DNA of 64,000 nt from an uncultured Pelagibacteraceae bacterium (GTDB lineage: Bacteria; Pseudomonadota; Alphaproteobacteria; Pelagibacterales; AG-422-B15): contig CABYIR010000004.1 in the NCBI GenBank assembly GCA_902518955.1, positions 7,094 to 71,093 on the forward strand, written 5' to 3'. Position numbers and translations under genes: made by a program. Within the stretch, counting starts at the first letter, position 1, and every line of letters starts with the position of its first letter. The notes under the pieces were generated by a model. It had not been told where the DNA came from and searched no databases. It worked only from the letters and a program-made list of their open reading frames with translations. Shown here piece by piece: positions 47,755-58,072 of this stretch.

Positions 47755-48482
47755 TGGAAGAAATATCATACAGTTATGTCCTGTTAGCAGGATTATTAAG
47801 CTTCTTATCTCCTTGCGTACTACCCATAGTGCCGGGATACTTATGTTTTATTGCAGGAACTTCGCTAGATAAAGTTTTAGATGATAACTCAACGATACGA
47901 GTAAACATATTTAAGTATGCACTAAGTTTTGTTCTTGGATTTTCAACTGTTTTTATTTTATTAGGTGCCTCAGCAACAATACTTAGTAGTTTACTGTATG
48001 AATACATCGATATATTAAGAATAGTCGGAGGTATTATTATAATAATATTTGGAATTCACTTTACACAAATTATTCAGATCCCTTTTTTAAATAACGATAC
48101 CCGGTTTCAATTACAAAACTATAGACCAGGTTTAATTGGATCTTATATTATTGGGCTATCATTTGCATTCGGATGGACTCCTTGTATAGGACCAATTCTT
48201 GGAAGTGTTCTATCTATTGCCGCAAGCTCTGAAACAGTATCGACTGGTATAATTTTGTTAATGGTTTATTCCGCTGGACTTGGAATACCGTTTTTATTAG
48301 CGGCATATGGAATAGGTGGGTTTTTAAAATTTCTGTCAAAGATAAGAAAATATATAAGAACAATCGAAATTTTTACTGGACTATTGCTAATTCTATTTGG
48401 TTTCCTTATTCTAACAAACAGGATACAGGAAATTGCATTCTTTTTTATTAAATACTTTCCTATATTATCTCAAATTGGTTAA
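47754..48482 (+). CDS. ccdA: Cytochrome c-type biogenesis protein CcdA (DsbD-family thiol:disulfide electron transporter)
   Basis: 242 aa. Conserved Cys motifs LSFLSPCVLPIVPGY and GWTPCIGPILG. Confidence 0.8.
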   Translation: MEEISYSYVLLAGLLSFLSPCVLPIVPGYLCFIAGTSLDKVLDDNSTIRVNIFKYALSFVLGFSTVFILLGASATILSSLLYEYIDILRIVGGIIIIIFGIHFTQIIQIPFLNNDTRFQLQNYRPGLIGSYIIGLSFAFGWTPCIGPILGSVLSIAASSETVSTGIILLMVYSAGLGIPFLLAAYGIGGFLKFLSKIRKYIRTIEIFTGLLLILFGFLILTNRIQEIAFFFIKYFPILSQIG

Positions 48483-48493
48483 AGGAGCATAAG

Positions 48494-49369
48494 ATGTTTG
48501 AAAAAAATCTATTAAATAATAAACGAATTTTAGTTTCTGGAGGAGGCTCAGGACTTGGGAAAGCTATGGCAACAAGATACTTAGAACTTGGAGCTGATAT
48601 ATATATTTGTGGAAGAAGAAAGTCAGTCTTGGACGAGACTGCAAAAGAATTAATGGAAACGCATGGTGGTTTCGTAAAATCAATTTCATGTGATATTAAA
48701 GTTCCAGAGGCTATTGAAGATATGGTTGATGAAATTTGGAGTGAAGGACCACTAACTGGCCTACTAAACAATGCTGCTGGAAACTTCATTTCTAGAACTG
48801 AGGATTTATCTCCAAGAGCTTTTACAGCTATTTCAAATATTGTTTTTAATGGCACTTTTTATATGACTAATGCTATTGGAAAAAGATGGCTAAATGAAAA
48901 CCTAAAAGGAAGCATTATCTCGATTTTAACCACGTGGGTTGATAGTAGTGGTCCATATACAGTTCCTTCAGCAATGTCTAAATCTGGACTTGCAACAATG
49001 ACAAGATCATTAGCCGCTGAATGGGGTAACAGAGGAATTAGATTAAACGGTATAGCCCCAGGACCTTTTCCAACAAAAGGTGCTTGGGATAGATTGGCTC
49101 CAGGAGATAAAGGAAAAAATTTAATGAATGCAATACCAATGAAAAGAACTGGTGAACTTAGTGAACTAGCAAACCTTGCGACTTTTTTAATGGCGGATGG
49201 ATGTGAATACCTAACAGGTGAAATAATTGCAATTGATGGGGCGCAATGGTTAAATCATGCTGGAAATTTCTATGAAATGTTAAAGGATGTAACTGATGAA
49301 GAATGGGAACAATTAAGAGGTCTTATCAAAGCATCTAATGACGCTGATAAGGCAAAAAGATCTGTTTAA
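48494..49369 (+). CDS. SDR family oxidoreductase, 2,4-dienoyl-CoA reductase-like
   Basis: 291 aa. ILVSGGGSGLGKAM cofactor motif with NNAAGNF and SKSG catalytic region. Confidence 0.7.
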   Translation: MFEKNLLNNKRILVSGGGSGLGKAMATRYLELGADIYICGRRKSVLDETAKELMETHGGFVKSISCDIKVPEAIEDMVDEIWSEGPLTGLLNNAAGNFISRTEDLSPRAFTAISNIVFNGTFYMTNAIGKRWLNENLKGSIISILTTWVDSSGPYTVPSAMSKSGLATMTRSLAAEWGNRGIRLNGIAPGPFPTKGAWDRLAPGDKGKNLMNAIPMKRTGELSELANLATFLMADGCEYLTGEIIAIDGAQWLNHAGNFYEMLKDVTDEEWEQLRGLIKASNDADKAKRSV

Positions 49370-50178
49370 TCAAAGTTGTTTTTATACATATTTCTTGAGA
49401 AACTTCTAATAATAAATGGAAAATAGTTCATAACAAAAGAAGCTAATTTACCTTCCCATCCAACTTTGTTGTGAACTTTTTTATTTCTATAAACGGAAAA
49501 AACTGCTTTTGCTACTTTTTCGGCAGGATAAATCTTTGAAATTTCATTTATTTTATCACGATTGAAAGTTCCATCCATTCTTTGAGTCACTTGCTCAGCA
49601 TTTAGTATCGGAGTTTCTGTAAACCAAGGATTGATTTCACAGACGGCTATCCCATACTTATGAAACTCTACATTTAAAGATTCCGTCAATCCCCTAACTG
49701 CAAATTTTGTTGCAGAATAAACTGCCGCTCCTGGAACTGGTACAAAGCCACCAATTGATGATGTATTTACAATTACACTCTTATCAGTTTTTTTTAACAA
49801 CGGTAATATTGCATAGATGCCATTAATTACGCCATTTAAGTTTACATCAACAATTTTCTGAGACTCTTTAATTGGTATGTCTTCTACTCTTCCTGTAAAA
49901 TTTGCAATGCCAGCATTATTAAAAAATAAGTCACACTTACCGTTGGTATATTTTTCAAAGGACTCTCTAGCACTGTTCCATTCTTCAATATTAGTAACAT
50001 CAAGCTTTTGATACATACATGAATTATGTCCAATTTCTTTTGCTGCTTCTTCAAGACCATCCTCATTAATATCAAATAATCCAACTTCCCAACCGATTTT
50101 TGCAAAATAAATAGCGGTCGCTTTCCCAATTCCAGATGCTGCCCCAGTAATAAAAATACTTTTTTTATTTTTCTTCAT
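49366..50178 (-). CDS. SDR family oxidoreductase
   Basis: 270 aa. IFITGAASGIGKAT, NNAG and YSATKFAV (YxxxK). Confidence 0.8.
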   Translation of the reverse strand: MKKNKKSIFITGAASGIGKATAIYFAKIGWEVGLFDINEDGLEEAAKEIGHNSCMYQKLDVTNIEEWNSARESFEKYTNGKCDLFFNNAGIANFTGRVEDIPIKESQKIVDVNLNGVINGIYAILPLLKKTDKSVIVNTSSIGGFVPVPGAAVYSATKFAVRGLTESLNVEFHKYGIAVCEINPWFTETPILNAEQVTQRMDGTFNRDKINEISKIYPAEKVAKAVFSVYRNKKVHNKVGWEGKLASFVMNYFPFIIRSFSRNMYKNNFD

Positions 50179-50185
50179 TTAAATT

Positions 50186-51247
50186 TTAGTTTTTAATTTC
50201 AGAACAAACTGCTTGTTCTATATTTTTAAAATTATCCTGCTTTAAAAACTTTACAAGATCTCTTTTTATATTTTCAATAAGTTTTGAACCTTCAAAAGTC
50301 AGAGCTGTATAAAGTTGGACCGCTGAGGCACCCAGCTTTATTTTTTGATAAACATCTTTGGCATTAGAAATACCTCCAACACCAATAAGTAAAATTTCTC
50401 CTTTAGTTTTAGCTGCAATCAGTCTTAGAACATCATTTGATTTATCTCTGAGAGGTTTGCCAGATAATCCCCCACTTTCCAAGCAAAATCTACTTGTTAA
50501 ATTAGATGGTCTTTCAGTTGAAGTATTGGAAATTATTAGCCCATCAATATTGTTTTTATAAGCAATATTTATTATATCGTCATAATCTCTTTCAGTGCTA
50601 TCAGGATCAATTTTTAAAAAAATATTTTTCTTATATTCTTTGCTATCTTTTATGATTTTTAATTCATTGGTTAATGTATTAAGTGAATCGATCTTTTGAA
50701 TTTCTCTTAGTCCTTCAGTATTTGGAGAGGAAAGATTTATTGTAATATAATCACCATCTGAATAAGTTTTTTCAAATAAAGTAATATAATCTTTTATAAA
50801 ATTGTCGGAGTCTTTGTTTGGCCCAATGTTGATTCCTGCAATAGCATTTTCTTGTTTTCTTTTTTTAAAATTTGAAAGAAAATTATCAATTCCTTTATTA
50901 TTAAAGCCTAACCTATTGATCAAAGCATTATCCTCTTCAAGTCTAAAGATGCGAGGTTTAGGATTTCCATATTGGGGCTTAATTGTAGTTGTTCCACATT
51001 CTATAAAACCAAATCCAATTCGGCTCATCGCATTAATTACCTCCGCATTTTTGTCAAAACCTGCAGCCAACCCGATTGGGTTATTGATTTTGAGGCCTGC
51101 AATTGAAGTACTTAGCATAGGGTCATCTTTTTTTTGATTAATTGTAAATGCAAAATATTTTAACAATTGAATAGTTAAAAAATGGGATGTTTCTGGCTGA
51201 AATGATTTTAAAAAATTAAGTAAATGTTTTTCCATTTTTTGATTCAA
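50186..51247 (-). CDS. pyrD: Dihydroorotate dehydrogenase (quinone), class 2
   Basis: 353 aa. GLAAGFDKNAE, LGFNNKGID, SNTS, GGLSGKPL and IGVGGI blocks. Confidence 0.85.
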   Translation of the reverse strand: MNQKMEKHLLNFLKSFQPETSHFLTIQLLKYFAFTINQKKDDPMLSTSIAGLKINNPIGLAAGFDKNAEVINAMSRIGFGFIECGTTTIKPQYGNPKPRIFRLEEDNALINRLGFNNKGIDNFLSNFKKRKQENAIAGINIGPNKDSDNFIKDYITLFEKTYSDGDYITINLSSPNTEGLREIQKIDSLNTLTNELKIIKDSKEYKKNIFLKIDPDSTERDYDDIINIAYKNNIDGLIISNTSTERPSNLTSRFCLESGGLSGKPLRDKSNDVLRLIAAKTKGEILLIGVGGISNAKDVYQKIKLGASAVQLYTALTFEGSKLIENIKRDLVKFLKQDNFKNIEQAVCSEIKN

Positions 51248-52812
51248 GAAACTTTATCTTTAATTAATTTAATTGTTCTATCTATCCCATAAATTGAGAC
51301 AAAAGAGCCAAATCTGGGGCCTTCAGATTTTCCAAAAAGTACCTGATAAATCAAACTAAACCAGTCACGTAAATTTGTAAAATTATGGTCTTTTCCTATT
51401 TGGTATATCTCAGTCTGTATTTCCTCAGCACTTAATGTATTAGGCATTGCAGATAATCTTTTTATAAGATCTTCAAAAATCAATACTTCTTCTTCACTAG
51501 GTTTTTTATAAGAAATTGATGATTTAGTTACATCATTATAGTAATTTATTACTCCATCGATTAATTTTAAAAGAAATTCAAGGCTGCCTTCTTCTATATT
51601 GCCTACATATTTTTTTATAAAATCTAAAATTAATTTTGGATCATTACTTCCACTCGCTGAAACAAGGTTCAATATCAAATTATAACTAATACCTATTTTA
51701 CCAATAGAATTTGAACCATTAGAAATATGCCAAAAAGGATTTTCAATTTTTTGATCTAGTGATTGATCATCAAATTTATTCAAATGAGATATAAATTCAT
51801 CCGTAGATTTGGGAATAACTTCTAAAAATAATTTTTTAGCTCTTCTAGGATTTTGATACATAAAATAGCTTAATGTTTCCTGAGGAGCATATGTCAACCA
51901 TTCCTCGATACTTAAACCATTCCCTTTTGATTTTGATATTTTTTCTCCATTTTGATCAAGAAAAAGTTCATAAAAGAAATTTTCAGGTGGATCACCTTTC
52001 AAAGCTCTGCAGATTTTTGCAGATAACTGAAATGTTGGAATAAGATCTTTACCATACATTTCATAATCAATACCTAAAGCGATCCATCGCATAGCCCAAT
52101 CAACCTTCCATTGTAATTTACAGTTACCATCTAGAACTGACACTTCTACTTCTTCACTGCTATCATCGATATACGTAACTGAATTATTTTCTAAATTTAT
52201 TTTAACGATTTCAACTTCAAGAACTTTATTAGTTTTCTTACATACCGGTAGAAATGGACTGTACGTTTTTCTTCGTTCCTCACCAAGAGTTGGTAAGATT
52301 ATATCTTTGATATTATCATAATTATTTAAAACATTTTTCAGCTGTTCATTAAAAAATCCATTTTTGTATAACTCTGTTGCACTCTTAAAATTATATTTAA
52401 AACCAAAATCATCTAAGAATTTTTTTAACATAGAATTATTGTGTTCACCAAAGCTTCCATGTTTGTTAAATGGATCAGGTACACTTGTTAATGGCTGATT
52501 TAAGTATTTCAATAACTGTTCTTGATTAGGAACGTTATCGGGAACTTTTCTTAGTCCATCCAAGTCATCTGAAAACGCGATTAGATTTACTTTTTTATCT
52601 GAAATTTGTTCTATCGCATTAAGAATCATTGTTGTTCTGGCTACTTCACCAAATGTTCCAATATGAGGTAAGCCACTAGGACCGTAACCAGTCTGTAAAT
52701 TTATCTTATCTTTCGATTTTTTTTCAATTCTCTTTAAAACCTTCTGTGCCTCAACGAATGGCCATGATTTTGCTTCTGATGATAATTCAATAATTTCTTG
52801 ATTTTCAGGCAT
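51244..52812 (-). CDS. lysK: Lysine--tRNA ligase, class I
   Basis: 522 aa. GPSGLPHIGTFGEVART (HIGH-type) and KISKSKGNG (KMSKS-type) motifs in the class I LysRS arrangement. Confidence 0.85.
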   Translation of the reverse strand: MPENQEIIELSSEAKSWPFVEAQKVLKRIEKKSKDKINLQTGYGPSGLPHIGTFGEVARTTMILNAIEQISDKKVNLIAFSDDLDGLRKVPDNVPNQEQLLKYLNQPLTSVPDPFNKHGSFGEHNNSMLKKFLDDFGFKYNFKSATELYKNGFFNEQLKNVLNNYDNIKDIILPTLGEERRKTYSPFLPVCKKTNKVLEVEIVKINLENNSVTYIDDSSEEVEVSVLDGNCKLQWKVDWAMRWIALGIDYEMYGKDLIPTFQLSAKICRALKGDPPENFFYELFLDQNGEKISKSKGNGLSIEEWLTYAPQETLSYFMYQNPRRAKKLFLEVIPKSTDEFISHLNKFDDQSLDQKIENPFWHISNGSNSIGKIGISYNLILNLVSASGSNDPKLILDFIKKYVGNIEEGSLEFLLKLIDGVINYYNDVTKSSISYKKPSEEEVLIFEDLIKRLSAMPNTLSAEEIQTEIYQIGKDHNFTNLRDWFSLIYQVLFGKSEGPRFGSFVSIYGIDRTIKLIKDKVS

Positions 52813-52970
52813 TTTAGTTTTGTTTATTATATATTAACTTTATAAAAGAAAGTTTAAAAAAAGCTTATATTTTCATGGTTTTTTAAATTAATCGATATAT
52901 TTAAATATTGCATGAGATAATTAATATATATAAATACTTCATTTTAATATAAAAATCTCACTCACTAATT

Positions 52971-53576
52971 ATGAACAAAAAAGCAAACAAAAAACCATCT
53001 AGGAAAGAAGCAGAAGAAGCTGTTCGCACGCTCATTAAATGGGCAGGCGAGGACGTTAAACGTGAAGGCTTAATTGATACTCCTAAAAGAGTAGTTAATG
53101 CATACACCGATTGGTTTTCTGGATATGAAGAAGACCCAAAAGAAATTTTAAAAAGAACATTTTCTGAAACGGGTGGTTATGATGAAGTTATTATGCTGAA
53201 AGATATAAGAATTGAGTCACACTGCGAACATCATATTGCTCCCTTCATAGGAAATGCCCATGTTGCATATTTACCTAATAAAAGAGTTGTTGGAATTAGT
53301 AAGCTAGCAAGAATTACAAATATTTTTGCTAAGCGAATGCAGGTTCAAGAAAAGTTAACTTCACAAATTGCTACTTGTATCCAAGAATGTCTAAAGCCAA
53401 AGGGTGTCGCTGTAGTTGTTGAAGCTCAGCACGAGTGTATGACTACTAGGGGTGTTCACATGCCAGGTATATCTATGGTCACAAGCAAGCTACTTGGAAA
53501 ATTTAGAACTGATGCATCTACTAGAAGAGAATTCTATAGTATGCTTAATCAAAGTCCTATACTCAGAAAAAACTAA
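52971..53576 (+). CDS. folE: GTP cyclohydrolase I
   Basis: 201 aa. [14 protein letters not shown] and QERLT-type (QEKLTSQIA) motifs. Confidence 0.9.
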   Translation: MNKKANKKPSRKEAEEAVRTLIKWAGEDVKREGLIDTPKRVVNAYTDWFSGYEEDPKEILKRTFSETGGYDEVIMLKDIRIESHCEHHIAPFIGNAHVAYLPNKRVVGISKLARITNIFAKRMQVQEKLTSQIATCIQECLKPKGVAVVVEAQHECMTTRGVHMPGISMVTSKLLGKFRTDASTRREFYSMLNQSPILRKN

Positions 53577-53591
53577 TATATTTAATATAAA

Positions 53592-55043
53592 ATGTTGCAC
53601 TTTAAATTAATACTTAATGTATTAGGTATATTGCTTATTGCAATTGGAGCACTAATGATTGTTCCTTTGCTTTTTGATCTTGTCTATCAAAATTCTTCAT
53701 GGCTTTCATTTCTAATCAGCTCAATGATATCTATATCGTTTGGTATTGCTCTATTTCTGTCTACAAGAGGAGGGAATAAACAGCGGCTTATTATGCAGGA
53801 TGCTTTTCTTCTTACATCTTCTTCTTGGATCCTGATAGCATTATTTGGATGTATTCCATTTTTTTTATCAGATTCTAATATGAATTTTACTGACTCATTC
53901 TTCGAGTCAATTTCTGGTGTTACAACAACAGGATCCTCAGTTATTCAAAATATTAGCGATATGTCTGAGGGTATTTTAATTTGGAGAGCCTTATTGCAAT
54001 GGTTAGGTGGTGTAGGAATTATTGTTATGGCCTTAAGTATTTTACCTGTGCTTCAAGTAGGAGGAATGCAAGTATTTAGAGCTGAATCCTCAGATACAAC
54101 AGAAAAAATTTTACCCAGAACAGCTCAAATTTCTACAGCTGTTATTCTGATTTATTGTATTTTAACTTTTTCTTGTTTTGTATTGTATTGGATTTTCGGA
54201 ATGAATGCATTTGACTCATTTGCTCATTCAATGACCACAATAGCTACTGGAGGATTTTCAACGAAAAAAACATCAATTGCTTTTTTTGATAACGCTTATA
54301 TTGAATACACATCTGCAATTTTTATGATATTGAGCAGTTTACCAATTCTTATTTATTTAAAATTTTCTAAAAAACAATTCAAATCGATCTTGAAAGATAC
54401 ACAGGTCAGAACGTTTCTTATAATCGTTTTAACAGGTGTTTTTTTTGTAGTTTTATATCTTTGGTTAAATAATATTAAAAGTTTAAATGACTCGATTAGA
54501 TATGGATTTGTAAATGTAACTTCAATTATAACAGGAACTGGATATACTACAGATAATTATAATTTATGGGGACCCTTTCCAATTTATCTTCTTTTTTTTG
54601 GAATGTTTATTGGTGGTTGTGCCGGCTCAACTACATGTGGAATAAAAGTTTTTAGGTTTCAAATCTTATTTGAAACATTTAAAAACCAAATACAAAAACT
54701 CCTGCACCCACACGGTGTGTTTATTCCACATTATAATCATAAGAAATTAGAAAACGATGTAACAACCTCAGTAATGAGTTTCTTTTTTGTATTTATCTTA
54801 GTTTTTGTTGCAATCACTTTGCTATTATCAATGACTAATTTAGATTTTGTAACCTCATTATCTGCAGCGGCGACTTCTCTAGCAAACGTAGGTCCTGGAT
54901 TAGGTTCAACAATTGGACCAGATAGCACATTCTACAGTCTTTCTATTTCTGCAAAATGGATATTAATTATATCAATGTTACTTGGAAGACTCGAATTATT
55001 CACAATATTAGTCTTATTTCTTCCAGCGTTTTGGAGAAAATAA
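53592..55043 (+). CDS. trkH: Trk-type potassium uptake protein TrkH
   Basis: 483 aa. Repeated M1-P-M2 units with GFS/TGTG selectivity-like motifs (TIATGGFST, ITGTGYTT, TTTGSS). Confidence 0.85.
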   Translation: MLHFKLILNVLGILLIAIGALMIVPLLFDLVYQNSSWLSFLISSMISISFGIALFLSTRGGNKQRLIMQDAFLLTSSSWILIALFGCIPFFLSDSNMNFTDSFFESISGVTTTGSSVIQNISDMSEGILIWRALLQWLGGVGIIVMALSILPVLQVGGMQVFRAESSDTTEKILPRTAQISTAVILIYCILTFSCFVLYWIFGMNAFDSFAHSMTTIATGGFSTKKTSIAFFDNAYIEYTSAIFMILSSLPILIYLKFSKKQFKSILKDTQVRTFLIIVLTGVFFVVLYLWLNNIKSLNDSIRYGFVNVTSIITGTGYTTDNYNLWGPFPIYLLFFGMFIGGCAGSTTCGIKVFRFQILFETFKNQIQKLLHPHGVFIPHYNHKKLENDVTTSVMSFFFVFILVFVAITLLLSMTNLDFVTSLSAAATSLANVGPGLGSTIGPDSTFYSLSISAKWILIISMLLGRLELFTILVLFLPAFWRK

Positions 55044-55952
55044 CTAAAGACACCATTTGATTATTTCTTTTTGTATATGAAGTCTATTTTGAGCTTCATC
55101 CCATATAACTGATTGAGGACCATCAATTACTTCTGGTGTTACCTCTTGCCCTCTATTTGCTGGCAAGCAATGCATAAAAATACATTCATCTCCAAAAATT
55201 CTCATCATTTCCTGATTAACTGTGTAGGAACTAAAATTTTTTATAATTTTTTCATTAACTGTCTCACCCATTGACTCCCATGTATCAGTTATCACCACAT
55301 CAGCACTATCAAGTTTTTTTAAATTGTTATGTACTTCCATATTATCTAAATCAGGTTTTATTTTATAAATCTCACATTTTTTATGATATTCGCTTATAGA
55401 ATAATCATTACTAAATATTTTGAGCTTTATACCTAAATTTAAATTTGCAATTTCAATCCATGAACGGGCAACATTTGTTATTGGCCCTATCCAATTGACT
55501 TTTATTCCTTCAAATCCAGATTTTTTTTCATAAATTGTTAATAAATCTGCCATTGCTTGGCAAGGATGAGAAAAATCAGATAGTCCATTAATAATAGGTA
55601 CCTTGGAAAAACTTGCTAATTTTTGTAATGATTCATGAGATTGCGAGCGATACATAACAATGTCTACATATTGCGACAAAGTCTTAGCTGTATCAGTTAT
55701 GCTTTCCTTATTATTGCCTAGATGTAATTCATTTTGGTCAATGATAATACATTGGCCGCCGAGCTTTCTCATGGCAACGTCAAAAGATAATCTTGTTCTT
55801 GTAGATGGCTTCTCAAATATCGAAGCTAAAATTTTACCATTCGCAAAATTTAAATCATCATCACTTTTTGAGTTCTTTGTCTCTGCAGCGCTCTTAATGA
55901 AAGATTGAATTAAATTATGATCTAAATTATAGATTGATAAGAAATTATTCAT
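55044..55952 (-). CDS. argF: Ornithine carbamoyltransferase
   Basis: 302 aa. STRTRLSFDVA, HPCQAMADL and HCLPANRGQEV motifs. Confidence 0.9.
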   Translation of the reverse strand: MNNFLSIYNLDHNLIQSFIKSAAETKNSKSDDDLNFANGKILASIFEKPSTRTRLSFDVAMRKLGGQCIIIDQNELHLGNNKESITDTAKTLSQYVDIVMYRSQSHESLQKLASFSKVPIINGLSDFSHPCQAMADLLTIYEKKSGFEGIKVNWIGPITNVARSWIEIANLNLGIKLKIFSNDYSISEYHKKCEIYKIKPDLDNMEVHNNLKKLDSADVVITDTWESMGETVNEKIIKNFSSYTVNQEMMRIFGDECIFMHCLPANRGQEVTPEVIDGPQSVIWDEAQNRLHIQKEIIKWCL

Positions 55953-55953
55953 A

Positions 55954-57117
55954 TTAACTTAGATTTTTACAAACTTTTCGTATTATTGACAAAGCTGTAC
56001 TGCAATCTTTAATAGAGATGTTTAGTGGAGGAAGAAGTCTTACTACATTATCTGATGCTTTAATTGTTAGCATTTTATTCTTTCTTGCTTCATCAACAAA
56101 CTTTGTATTTTCAACCTCGCATTTGATGCCTAGCATAAGTCCTTTACCTCTAACTTCAGATATAATTTCTGGAAATTCGTTTATAATTTTATTTAATTCA
56201 TCAATTAAAAAAGTAGAAGTTTTATTCAGATTAGAAAAAAATTCATTATTCATTAGATCAAGGACAGAGCAACCAACAGAACATGCAAGTGGATTTCCTC
56301 CAAATGTTGACCCATGCGTTCCATGGCCCATAGTATCACCAACTCGTTTTGTGGTTAAACAAGCTCCAATTGGAAAACCATTTCCGAGTGCTTTTGCTAT
56401 TGTCATAATGTCTGGCACAACTTTACTCCATTGATGCGCAAACATTTTACCTGATCTTCCTATACCACACTGAACCTCGTCAAATATTAATAATATATTT
56501 TTTTCATCACAAATTTTCCTTATACTCTCTAAGCAATGTGTAGGAACTTCACTTACTCCTCCTTCACCTTGTATTGGTTCAATTAATATAGCCGCAACAT
56601 TTTCATCAATAGCTTTCTCGAGTTCATCATGATCACCAAAAGGAAGGTTTACAAAGCCGTCAATAGAACTATTAAATCCTTCAAGCTTAGATGGTCCTCC
56701 TGCTGCAAGAGCGCCAAGAGTTCTACCGTGAAATGATCCTGTAAATGAGATAATTTTATTTTTTGTTTTTGATTCTTCAATAATATAAAAATATCTCCTT
56801 GCAATCTTTAAAGCCGCTTCAATTGACTCAGTTCCTGAATTGCAGAAAAAAACAAAGTCTGCAAAACTTAACTCACATAATTTTTTAGCAAGAGTCTCTT
56901 GCTCTGGAATATTATAAACATTTGATACATGCCACAATTTTTTAGCTTGCTCTGTTAAAGCATTATTTAATATAGGGTGAGAGTATCCTAATGAATTTAC
57001 TGCTATACCTGCTCCAAAGTCTAAATATTTATCTCCGTTTAATTCTATAAGATAAGAACCTTCGCCGTGCGAGAAAGTAAGATTAGATCTAGGATAAGTA
57101 TTTAAAATATTTGTCAT
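55954..57117 (-). CDS. argD: Acetylornithine aminotransferase (class III PLP aminotransferase)
   Basis: 387 aa. DEVQCGIGRSGKMFA and TIAKALGNGFPIGA (PLP lysine) blocks. Directly upstream of argF. Confidence 0.85.
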   Translation of the reverse strand: MTNILNTYPRSNLTFSHGEGSYLIELNGDKYLDFGAGIAVNSLGYSHPILNNALTEQAKKLWHVSNVYNIPEQETLAKKLCELSFADFVFFCNSGTESIEAALKIARRYFYIIEESKTKNKIISFTGSFHGRTLGALAAGGPSKLEGFNSSIDGFVNLPFGDHDELEKAIDENVAAILIEPIQGEGGVSEVPTHCLESIRKICDEKNILLIFDEVQCGIGRSGKMFAHQWSKVVPDIMTIAKALGNGFPIGACLTTKRVGDTMGHGTHGSTFGGNPLACSVGCSVLDLMNNEFFSNLNKTSTFLIDELNKIINEFPEIISEVRGKGLMLGIKCEVENTKFVDEARKNKMLTIKASDNVVRLLPPLNISIKDCSTALSIIRKVCKNLS

Positions 57118-57118
57118 A

Positions 57119-57886
57119 CTAATGTCTCAATTTGTATCCACTTTGTAAAATTAAATAAGAAAAAAACAATAGAATAATAAAACATAATATTAAAATTTGT
57201 ATCGATATCATAATATTAACATCACTTAATCCTATAAACCCATAACGAAAACCATCGATCATATAAAAAAAAGGATTAAAAAGACTTAATTTTTGAATGA
57301 ACTCCGGAAGTATTTTTATAGAATAAAATGTGCCAGATAAAAATGAAAGAGGAATTATTATAAAATTATCAATAGTTCCTAAGTGATCCCACTTGTCAGC
57401 CCAAATTCCAGTTAATAGTCCAATTAATGATAATATAGCTGATGAAATTACTGCAAAAAATAATACAATAGTAAAACTATAAATTTCAATTTGAACAAAC
57501 GGCAACATAAAAATAGCAGCGGCTATGGCAACAGTTAAGCCTCGAGTAACACCCACAAGTATAAAAGATACAATTATTTGAAAATTTGATATTGGGGGCA
57601 TTAATAGATCTACAATGTTACCTTGGACTTTAGACATCAGTAGTGAAGAAGAGTTATTCATGAATGCATTTTGGATAATTGTCATCATTATTAAGCCTGG
57701 AAATAAAAATGATTTAAAGTCTGTTAATATGTATTCATTTCTTGAATTACCTATTGCTGTACTAAAAATCACCATGAACAATAGTGTGGTTGCTGCAGGA
57801 GCTAAAATTGTTTGACCAGGAATTTTGGTAAACCTTCTTAATTCTTTAATATATAAAGTTGCAAATCGAATATAGTAAGCACTCAT
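57119..57886 (-). CDS. ABC-2 type transporter permease (YadH-like), with no adjacent ATPase gene
   Basis: 255 aa, 6 TM, ABC-2 membrane-domain layout. 1-nt spacer to argD. Confidence 0.65.
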   Translation of the reverse strand: MSAYYIRFATLYIKELRRFTKIPGQTILAPAATTLLFMVIFSTAIGNSRNEYILTDFKSFLFPGLIMMTIIQNAFMNNSSSLLMSKVQGNIVDLLMPPISNFQIIVSFILVGVTRGLTVAIAAAIFMLPFVQIEIYSFTIVLFFAVISSAILSLIGLLTGIWADKWDHLGTIDNFIIIPLSFLSGTFYSIKILPEFIQKLSLFNPFFYMIDGFRYGFIGLSDVNIMISIQILILCFIILLFFSYLILQSGYKLRH

Positions 57887-58072
57887 AAATTCTATTTAAA
57901 TAAATTAGTAAAAAAGTCATTAACAAATAGATTTCAAATTTAAGTATTAATATATGAAATCATTTATCTTTTTACTTTCTTTTAGATTAAATCTATTTTT
58001 TCTACATATTGTGTAATTATATTGCATTATTTCTATATGTAGTGTTAAATCTGAGCATTATCTGGAGGATAC

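Noticed and set aside
57887-58072. CtrA boxes (TTAA-N7-TTAA) and GANTC CcrM sites upstream of gcrA.
   Set aside because: I scanned the spacer by eye and found no exact match. This is reported only as an absence inside the gcrA finding.
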